Shown here in pieces: positions 54,146 to 64,000 of a stretch of 64,000 nucleotides of DNA. Origin of the DNA: Eledone cirrhosa (Eukaryota); NCBI GenBank assembly GCA_964016885.1, contig OZ024748.1, positions 48,794,001 through 48,858,000 of the forward strand, read 5' to 3'. Both the position numbers and the translations under genes were made by a program. Numbering within the stretch: the first letter of the stretch is position 1; every line of letters starts with the position of its first letter. The notes under the pieces were generated by a model, which saw only the letters and a list, made by a program, of their open reading frames with translations, searched no databases and had not been told where the DNA came from.

Positions 54146-55609
54146 TATATATATATATATATATGATAATAATGATGGCTGCGCGTTGCAAATGGTGGTG
54201 CATATGAAAAAGTAAGTCCTTCATCAGTGACCCTCCAACCGTCCCAGGCATTTCATCGCTTTATATATATATATATATATATATATACTACTTATTTAGG
54301 AAGAGAAATGCCATGCTCCCAACTCTTTTCTGGGTGATAGATTAACTGTACGAAGAAAGTCAACCACACCATGATTTGCTTTGATAACATATATATGGTC
54401 GGTTTAATCAACTTTCCTCTACCCTCAAATTACTGGCCTTGTACCTAAAGCATAAACCATTATTTATTTCATTTAATCAATTTAAGCAGCTTTGTAAAGC
54501 TGGCAAGCTATGGGTGGCTGAGGAAAGTATATATATAAGAAACTAAAACAAGAAAAAGGAGGAGGAAAAAGGATACATAAAGAAATGTTACATTTTTCAG
54601 TTGTTGAATCTGTCTATAGCCTCCATGAATTGGAAGATCTTATTTATGGTTGGTGGATCTTTGGAAATAAATTGCACCTCCAACCTTAGTAGCCTTTTTT
54701 AAAGACTTGTTTTACAATCTCCTCTCCCTCTCTAAATCTGATAGTTTTTGCATTGGAAGAAATAATGCCATAAAGTTTCTGAAGGAATAGCCTTCACAAG
54801 AACATAATGGTTCGACTTGTTCGTGATATAATTTAAAGGAATACGACCTTTTTGAAGCTAATAAAAAGTTTGGTATCTGATACATTTTATACGACCAACA
54901 CCACCACCAGCTGACCATGCAGTAATATATGGACCAGCCATGGGCAAAATTTAACTTTCTCAATGTCATGCTTAATTTCAAAATTTCCTTGAATGTTTTA
55001 GTAGTGTAGCTTATCTTAATGATAAGCCACATAGTATGTGGCCCACCACTCAAAAACGGTTGCCAACACCTAATATAAACCATCCCATATTCTGCAAGCT
55101 GAAAACAAAATGTTTTTAATATTTTATAAATTTCGTTCATTCACATATAAATTATCTTTCCTTTAACTCTGGAATCTAAATTGTAATTAAAATTGGGACC
55201 AGCAATAACAGGTAGAAGAAAGAAGGATTGACAAGATCCTAGACCTCATTCACTTACTAAGTGGGGTGGAACTTGTCAAATTGGACCAAGGAAACAGTGT
55301 ATCCATTGGTCTTTCCATTGCTGATACTATCTACCAGTTACAACTCCTGGTAGATGAAACAATGTAAAATGAGACAAAAAATAAATTTTGAAGTTAGTTT
55401 TTATTGTTTTAAAATTATTTGTTGCTTTTTCATAATCAGAATGTGCAATGGTCAAAAATAGAAAAAGCTAGAGCTGGGGTGGAGGATACATGACTATTTT
55501 AAAACATTTAATTATTATTTGTCTTGGTATTTCAGGAAAGACTAGTTAGGTTTTTTACAGTCTTCATTATTGGTGGTTCCAATTTTAATCTCACCACTTT
55601 TATCAATGT

Positions 55610-55700
55610 TTACCTCCACACCCTAGCCTCATCTACACATACCTCCACACCCTAGCCTCATCTACACATACCTCCACCCCCTAGCCTCATCTACACATAC
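55610..55700. repeat. 29-bp tandem x3
   Basis: acctccacaccctagcctcatctacacat. Confidence 0.85.
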
Positions 55701-55789
55701 CCCCCCCCCCCCTCAAAGCTCCAGTTATTCCCCCCACCCCCCTCTGCTAACATCTCACTTCTCTATTATTGTGAGATTTACCTTAGTGC

Positions 55790-56350
55790 TTGTTGTTGTA
55801 GTAGTTGTAGTAGTTGTAGTTGCTGTTGTAGTAGTAGTTGTTACCACAATGTAGTTGTTGTTGTTGTAGTTGCTGTAGTAGTAGTAGTAGTAGTGACCAC
55901 AATGTAGTAGTAGTAGTTGTTGTTGTAGTTGCTGTAGTAGTAGTAGTAGTAGTTGTAGTTGCTGTAGTAGTAGTTGTAGTTGCTGTAGTAGTAGTAGTAG
56001 TAGTTGTAGTTGCTGTAGTAGTAGTAGTAGTAGTTGCTGTAGTAGTAGTAGTAGTAGTAGTAGTAGTTGTTACCACAATGTAGTAGTAGTAGTAGTAGTT
56101 GTTGTAGTTGCTGTAGTAGTAGTAGTTGTTGTTGTAGTTGCTGTAGTAGTAGTAGCTGTTGTTGTAGTTGCTGTAGTAGTAGTTGTAGTTGCTGTAATAA
56201 TAGTAGTAGTAGTAGTAGTAGTTGTTACTACAATACAGTAGTAGTGGTAGTAGTAGTAGTAGTAGCTGTTACTACAATACAGTAGTAGTTGTAGTAGTAG
56301 TAGTTATCACAATACAGTAGTAGTAGTAGTAGTAGTAGTTGTTACTGCAA
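55790..56350. repeat. (GTA/GTT)n compound microsatellite
   Basis: Direct reading. Confidence 0.95.
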
Positions 56351-56436
56351 TGTTAGGGACATCAAATCAACTGCCATGTTATGAGATTTGGAATTGATGC
56401 TGGATAATTTGAAAAGTTGTGCACAGATACATAAGG

Positions 56437-56478
<42 letters not shown>

Positions 56479-56754
56479 ACGCGCACATACATACGTACAT
56501 TCGAGCATGCATTCATATCTATATATCTATACACACACACACACACACACACACACTCTCATATACATTCATACATATACACATATATATATATACACAC
56601 GCACATATATATATACATACGCAATATTTTTAATCAGAAATGCTAATTCTTTAATCTAATTCTAAGAAATCATTGTTAAGACTATTTATCATCTTGTTAA
56701 GACTTGGTGTTGTTAAATGAGAATAAATTGGTTGCTCTACACTGCAACCTGACC

Positions 56755-57244
56755 CATCACCATCACTACTACCACTACTATTAATACCAATACCACTATT
56801 ATCAGCACCACCACTACCACTACCACTACCATTACCACTACCACCACCACCACTACCACTACTATCAGCACCAGCACCACCACCACTACCACTACCATCA
56901 GCACCACCACCACCACTACCAGCACCACCACTACCAGCACCACCACCACTACTACCACCACCACCACCACCACCACCACCACCACCACCACCACCACCAC
57001 CACCATCAGCACCAGCACTACCACCACCACCACCACCACCACTACCACCACCACCACCACTACCACTACCATCAGCACCACCACCACCACCACCACTACC
57101 ATCAGCACCACCATCAGCACCACCACCACCACCACCACCACCACTACCAGCACCACCACCACTACCACCACTACCAGCACCACCACCACCACTACCACCA
57201 GCACTACCAGCACCACCACCACCACCACCAGCACCACCACCACC

Positions 57245-57275
<31 letters not shown>

Positions 57276-57540
57276 CCACCACCACCACTACCACCAGCAC
57301 TACCAGCACCACCACTACCAGCACCACCACCACCAGCATCACCACCACCAGCACCACCACCACCACCACCACCACTACCAGCACCACCACCACCACTACT
57401 ACCACCACCACCACCACCACCACCACCACCACCACCACCAGCAGCACCACCACTACCACCAGCACTACCAGCACCACCACCACCACCAGCACCACCACCA
57501 CCATCACCACCACCACCACCACTACCACTACCACCACTAC
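56755..57540. repeat. (ACC)n compound microsatellite
   Basis: Direct reading; explains the poly-Val ORF. Confidence 0.95.
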
Positions 57541-58300
57541 CTCTTCTGTTAATTAGATTGTCAACCTTATATCAATCAAAATAACATTTCTGATGAAATC
57601 ATAAAAATTAATCCAGCCCCCCCCCCCCCCCGTCTACTTTCTCCTCTGTCTCATATCTTTTCCCAACTTCCACCATCTCTCCTCTTCTCAATCCATCCAT
57701 CTATCTAACTGTCTGTCTATCTCTTTCTGCCTTTTTCTCCTCTCAGTTTCTCTCACATCTTTTCTTGTTTTCACACCTTCTGCCATACCCCCCCCCCAAC
57801 CATACATGGTTCTTCAGGCATGATTAGATGAATGCGCGCGCACACACACACACACACACACATGCATATATAACACATGCATACATACAGACATATATAT
57901 ATACCACATATATATATACATGCATACAGACAGACTTATATATAACGCATGATGGCTGCCCCCTCGTTTTCGAGTATGGCCATTGTTCGATATAACATTA
58001 TTAATAATTATCAATCAATGCCATCGTGCAATGCCTGTGCGTGAAGATTTTTTTTAAAGTGAGGAAAGACTGAGCCAATCCCACTCTCTAAGAGACAGTA
58101 GCTATAATCCGAAAAGAAGAAAAGATCAACATCAACGCTAACTACTGAGCCGCAGGTTTTATGTCGGAGTTATTTCCAGTTTCCTCAGTTTCTTTCTCAA
58201 CTCGTCTATGCTTGGTCGTTCACAGCACATTGACATTGCACATCCAACGGAGCACACTTGCTTCATTTCTCTCCAGCCGTCATATATATATATATATATA

Positions 58301-58636
58301 GGCACATGGCTTAGTGGTTAGAGCATTGGGCTTGCAATCGAAAGGTTGTGAGTTCAATTCTCAGACCGAGTGATGTGTTGTTTCCTTGAGTAAGACACTT
58401 TATTTCACATTGCTCCAGTTTACTCAGCTGTAGAAATGAGATGATAGGGACTGGGGTCCATATCATTCCACTGCAAAGTGGTCGTGGAGGTGCCACGGCA
58501 AAAAAGCACCCAGCACTCACTGTAAATGAGGTTGGTGTTAGGAAGGGCATCCAGCTGTAGAAATCAAGCCAGAATCAGTTCCCGTCCCACGCTTGCAAGC
58601 AGGGAAAAAGCGGACGTAAAATGATGATGATGATGA
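58301..58636 (+). mobile_element. SINE B
   Basis: Near-identical to 40096-40430. Confidence 0.9.
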
Positions 58637-58700
58637 TATATATATATGGGCAAAATAATTAATGAAAGAGTTACAAGCCTTTAAAACATATCTTTATAAA

Positions 58701-58740
58701 GCTCTTAGATATGTTTCACCCAATGGGGCTCGTCTGAGGC
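58701..58740 (-). ncRNA. Degenerate hammerhead-like motif with CAGACGA core
   Basis: gcct CAGACGA gccc catt gggt GAAA catatct A agagc, between (TA)n tracts. Confidence 0.45.
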
Positions 58741-58888
58741 AGATACTAGGCAATATATATATACTCGTTCCTATTACCCACTCTACTACCCTAAGTATTG
58801 AGTACTTTGGTGCGTTATGGTCCACCTGGTTCCTTACCACATTTCCTTCGTTATATATATATATATATATATATAGTAATAATAATAA

Positions 58889-59075
58889 TTATTATTTCTA
58901 CTTTTGGTACAAGGCCAGCAATAACCCAGTGTATTACTGGTACTTTATTTTATCGACCCCCGTAAGGATGAAAGGCAAAGTTAACCTCGGCGGGATTTGA
59001 ACTCAGAATGGAAGGGGCCGTAACTCTTTGCGTCAAAGCATGGCATCCAACCCTCTACCGATACTGCCAGTCCAC
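58889..59075 (-). mobile_element. SINE A
   Basis: Consensus blocks of family A. Confidence 0.88.
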
Positions 59076-59611
59076 CACCACCACCACCACCAATAATAAT
59101 AATAATAATAATATATATACCCATGTTTAAGTGACTGCCATAGCTTAGCTGCAATCTAATGAGTGAAACCAGTGAAAGAATATGTGTGAGTGTGTGTGGG
59201 TGCATGTGTGTGTTTGTGTACGTGTGCCTGTATGTGTACAGACACACACACATACATAAACACATCTATACATGTACTTCCACAACACCATATTACCATA
59301 TTATTACGTTGGGAAGAAGCCTTTAACAGGCCATCTTGCATATAACTTCATATCATTGGTTGTAGCTGTATGTTGTTCAACTCAGTTCATCTCTCTTCAG
59401 AGTTGATTGATTGTTCTGCTATATTTGGCACTCTCATAGCTTAACTCACCTTGTTCTTTTAACAGCTGTTCTTAATTTTGCAGTTTATTCACCATAAAAT
59501 CCCAATATAAACCAGTCGTTTCAAGGCTTCCTACCATTAAATGCTAAACAGCAGCAGTGTCGGTATTGTTATTGACGATGAAGTTATTTTTTTACTGTTC
59601 ATGTGAATGTT

Positions 59612-59651
<40 letters not shown>

Positions 59652-59653
<2 letters not shown>

Positions 59654-59997
59654 AGGCACATGGCTTAGTGGTTAGAGCATTGGCCTTGCAATCGAAAGAT
59701 TGTGAGTTCAATTCTCAGACCGGGTGATGTGTTGTGTCCTTGAGCAAGACACTTTATTTCACATTGATCCAGTTTACTCAGCTGTAGAAATGAGATGATA
59801 GGACTGGGGTCCCTATCATTCCACTGTAAAGTGGAAGTGTAGATGCCTCGGCAAAAAAGCACCCAGCACTCACTGTAAATGAGGTTGGTGTTAGGAAGGG
59901 CATCCAGCTGTAGAAATCAAGCCAGAATCAGTTCCCGTCCCACCCTTGCAAGCAGGGAAAAGCGGACGTAAAATGATGATGATGATGATGATGATGA
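59652..59997 (+). mobile_element. SINE B
   Basis: Near-identical to the other family B copies. Confidence 0.9.
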
Positions 59998-60670
59998 TAT
60001 ATATATATATATATTCTAATGTGGTTGGTGTTAGGAAAAGCATCCAGCTGTAATATCTCCGGCCAAATTTACAGCCCTCATCGGAGCAAGGTAAGGCGTG
60101 GTCAGCTCTGGTCAGACTTGTCTCCCAATGAGGACAGCCCATCTAACCCATGCAAGCATGGAAAATTGGACACTAAACGATGATGGCGATGATGATTCTT
60201 TTACTGATTTCAGTCATTTGACTGCCGCCATGCTGGAACCTTGATTCAGCTACTCATATCAATCCTGCTATTTGTCTGGTACTTATTTTATTGATCTCTT
60301 TTTGTTGAACTGCTAATTTACAGGACATAAATACAGACACACACACAAGCTCTGTAGTTTCCACTAAATTTTACTCACAAGATATTGGTCAACCCAAGGC
60401 TGGCTTATAATTACCCCCCCCCCCCTCTCTCATATATATATCCACCAAACAACAAATGTATATACACATATATATGTACATATCCATGTATAAACACTCA
60501 CAGGTTGCTGCTTGTAAATTCATTTACATAAATCGAACATCACCAAATGTAATTAGCAAAAGAATTTAATTAAATTTTCATATAATTTATTTTTGCATTT
60601 CACTTCCCTCTCAAATTTTCAAAAAATATCTCTGATATAATTAAAGTTAATCACAAACCATGAGGTTTAA

Positions 60671-60923
60671 CCCTTTTGATACCAAACTACCTGAAACCAC
60701 CCCTGGTTCTATCATACAAAACTTTTTATTTTAAAGTATTTATATTTTTCTACAAACGTTCCATTATGTAATTCTAGGTAAAATCTTTTTAAAGTTATTT
60801 TCCTAACACCAGATAAATAATGGGAAACTTAGTTATATTATTAAATCCCTCCAGATTCTTGATTATTTTGTAAATCATGCAAAAATAACAGTGTCTTTCA
60901 TTAGAAATATGGTAATGAAAGGG
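60671..60923 (+). mobile_element. piggyBac-like MITE family 1 (~253 bp) with TTAA duplication
   Basis: ttaa|cccttttgatacca ... tggtaatgaaaggg|ttaa; decayed relatives near 17620, 31000, 33430, 36200, 40560, 43500 and 52900. Confidence 0.75.
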
Positions 60924-62198
60924 TTAATGACATAGTGTCTTTCATTAGAAATATGGTAATGAAAGGGTTAATGACATAGTGTCTTTCATTAGAAATATGG
61001 TAATGAAAGGGTTAATGACATAGTGTCTTTCATTAGAAATATGGAAATGAAAGGGTTAATGACATAGTGTCTTTCATTAGAAATATGGTAATGAAAGGGT
61101 TAATGACATAGACAATGTCTTTCATTAGAAATATGGTAATGGAAGGGTTAACGACATAGACAATGTCTTTCATTAGAAATATGGTAATGAAAGGGTTAAT
61201 GACATAGTGTTTTTCATTAGAAATATGATAATGAAAGGGTTAATGACATAGTGTCTTTTATTAGAAATATGATAAGGAAAGGGTTAATGACATAGTGTCT
61301 TTCATTAGAAATACTAGCAGAAAAACCACCCTTCAGGTGGTTTTTCTGCTAGCATGTGTAGTGTGCATATTGATATTATACGCAAGTATATATAATGTAA
61401 ATATGATACATCAAATAAAATCGTAATTGACAATATACACAGAAATTGAACGAAGACTGTGTTACACTGTCTTCTGTAATCAGTAAAGTAATCCATGATA
61501 CATTTAAAAAAAGTCGATATTATATATAAACTGCATTAGGAGAAAATTAGCGACGGAAATATATGCAATATTTTTATAAGTGTTATAATATAACGGCTGC
61601 TAACCGGAAGTGTTGACATTTGAAAATTTTAAAGAAGGGAATCTTTAAATAAGCTATAAAATATATTTAATGAACAGCCACGAAATTTAGCACATAAATT
61701 ATGTAATATTCATTCATTATTTATTGAAAGCGGGATTGGCAGTATCAGTAGAGAGTCGGACGCCATGCTTTGACGCATAGTTACGGCCTTTGCCATTCTG
61801 AGTTCAAATCCCGCCGAGGTTAACTTTGCCTTTCATCCTTACGGGGTCGATAAAATAAAGTACCAGTAATGCACTGGGTAATTGCTGGCCTTGTGCCAAA
61901 AGTAGAAACAATTATTTATTGAAAGTAATCCAACTTATTTTACAAACGGGGTAAAAAAATATATTCTGGACACAGTCCCGCACTCCTTTCTTTATTATAG
62001 TAATGGTAATGAAAGGGTTAATGACATAGACAATATCTTTCATGAGAAATATGGTAATGAAAGGGTTAATGATATAGGCAGTCTTTCATTAGAAATATGG
62101 TAATGAAAGGGTTAATGATATAGGCAGTCTTTCATTAGAAATATGGTAATGAATGGGTTAATGACATAGACAGTGTATTTCATTAGAAATATGGTAAC
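60891..62198. repeat. 44-bp tandem array made from the MITE right end, interrupted by a Helitron
   Basis: gtgtctttcattagaaatatggtaatgaaagggttaatgacata, ~10 copies before 61313 and ~4 after 62004. Confidence 0.9.
61314..62003 (-). mobile_element. Non-autonomous Helitron-like element with nested SINE A (61731-61915)
   Basis: 3' hairpin ending in CTAG; inserted between A and T of host cattagaaata|tggtaat with no target duplication; SINE flanked by duplicated tttattgaaag. Confidence 0.8.
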
Positions 62199-63024
62199 AA
62201 AACAGCTCATAGGATAAGAACTTTGTTACAGTTGGTGTTGTACCATTTGTTAGATAGAGAGAACATTTATAGAATAAAGTCTTAAACTCTATTACACTTG
62301 TTTACTGGTTTTAGTCAGTGGCTGTGCTTCAATCATTTTAGTCTATCATATCAAACCCATATTTTATTGATCTCTGTTTGTTGAACTACTAAATTATGGG
62401 ACATAAACAAACTGCATTGGTTGTTAAGCTGTGTCAGTGCAAATACACACATAAATTCATACACAAATACACACACATACACAAACACACGCACAAACTA
62501 AATATATATATAAAGTATATGAGCAAGACACTGTCACCTGATCTGACTTGCCTCACAATGGGACAACTCATCTAACCCATACTAGTGTGGTAAATGGAAG
62601 TTAAACGATGGTGTGTGTGTGTGTGTGGGGGGGGCTAAATACTGAGCTATAGATTTTCTAGGTTCTAAACATTTTAAACTGGTCTACAAATATGTTTAAT
62701 CAGAATCGAAATGGGGGGGGGGGGGAGCGTTATCTGTTGATTAAAATGATGATGATGATGATGATGATAACTATAATGATGAGGGGTTGCTGATACAGAA
62801 GAGGAAGATGTGGATGATGGGCAGCATTTATCTGCTCATATGTCTTTGTTGTTTTCAATATCTATTATCATCTTCAGACTTTACCATGGAGAGAGAGAGA
62901 GAAAGAGAATAGATATAGAATTAATGTGGGTTATATATATATATGTGTGTTGTGTATATATATATATGTTGTATATATATATGTGTGTGTATATATCTGT
63001 GTGTATATATATATATATATAATA

Positions 63025-63075
<51 letters not shown>

Positions 63076-63129
63076 CGGAAAAAATGAAACGAAATTTCAT
63101 TTCCCACTCTTAGTACAGCTGTTACTTAC

Positions 63130-63433
63130 TTATATAATATATTTATATTTATATATATATATATAATATATTTATATTTATATATATATATAATATATTT
63201 ATATTTATATATATATATATAATATATTTATATTTATATATATATATATAATATATTTATATTTATATATATATATATAATATATTTATATTTATATATA
63301 TATATATAATATATTTATATTTATATATATATATAATATATTTATATTTATATGTATATATATATATAATATATTTATATTTATATATATATATAATATA
63401 TTTATATTTATATGTATATATATATATATAATA

Positions 63434-63475
<42 letters not shown>
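63130..63475. repeat. AT-only minisatellite
   Basis: (ta)n-atatatttatattt units. Confidence 0.9.
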
Positions 63476-63477
<2 letters not shown>

Positions 63478-63679
63478 GGATACATACAACTAAATAACTT
63501 GAAATGTCTCTAAGTAGTTGTGTTTGTGATGTTAATAGTTTGAAATAGAGATGTGTTGTTTTTTATGAGGAGTTTATAATTATGTCCACTTTTCGATTAA
63601 TGATATTAATATAGTGTAAGACGCTGGGTGTAGCGTGAGATGTCATTTACTGATCCAGCTCACATCAATAATAGTATTT

Positions 63680-64000
63680 AGGTGGTGGTGGTGGTGGTGG
63701 TGGTATTGGTGGTGGTGGTGGCAGTATTGTTGGTGGTGGTGGCAGTGGCAGTTACAATGAGGGTGATGATGATGATTGTAATTGTGATGATGGTTATGGT
63801 GTTGGCAGTGATGATGGTTATGGTGGTCGCAGTGATGATGGTTATGGTGGTCGCGGTGATGATGGTTATGGTGGTGGCGGTGATGATGGTTATGGTGGTG
63901 GCGGTGATGATGGTTATGGTGGTGGCGGTGATGATGGTGTTGGCAGTGATAATGATAGTGATGGTGTTGGGATGGTGATGGCAATGATGATGATGGTGAT
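63680..64000. repeat. (GGT/GAT)n with 21-bp higher-order unit
   Basis: gtgatgatggttatggtggtggcg repeats. Confidence 0.9.

Noticed and set aside
54712-55140. 142-aa minus-strand ORF
   Set aside because: No recognisable domain; overlaps a probable decayed hAT-like MITE end (ggtgttggcaaccg).

Overview
AT-rich, repeat-dominated eukaryotic DNA with no host protein-coding exon that I can support; probably intronic or intergenic. The repeat content suggests an octopod or cephalopod genome (inference): tRNA-derived SINEs, RTE LINEs with (ATG)n tails and very abundant (TA)n/(CA)n tracts. Retroelement relics include a decayed 1.8 kb RTE reverse transcriptase with an embedded PHD-type finger, several other RTE and CR1 3' ends, and about 30 SINE copies. 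DNA elements include a mariner transposase relic, TA- and TTAA-flanked MITEs and two non-autonomous Helitron-like elements. There are several minisatellites (38, 23, 44 and 120 bp units). The most interesting signal is a set of short elements in or next to (TA)n/(CA)n tracts that look like Penelope-like retroelement terminal repeats. They carry hammerhead ribozyme motifs: one canonical CUGAUGA core and two families with an atypical CAGANGA core. Several form long fold-back palindromes whose centres coincide with hammerhead helices, and an internally deleted Penelope-like ORF is attached to one family. All calls were made by eye; family names come from remembered motif similarity and need database confirmation.
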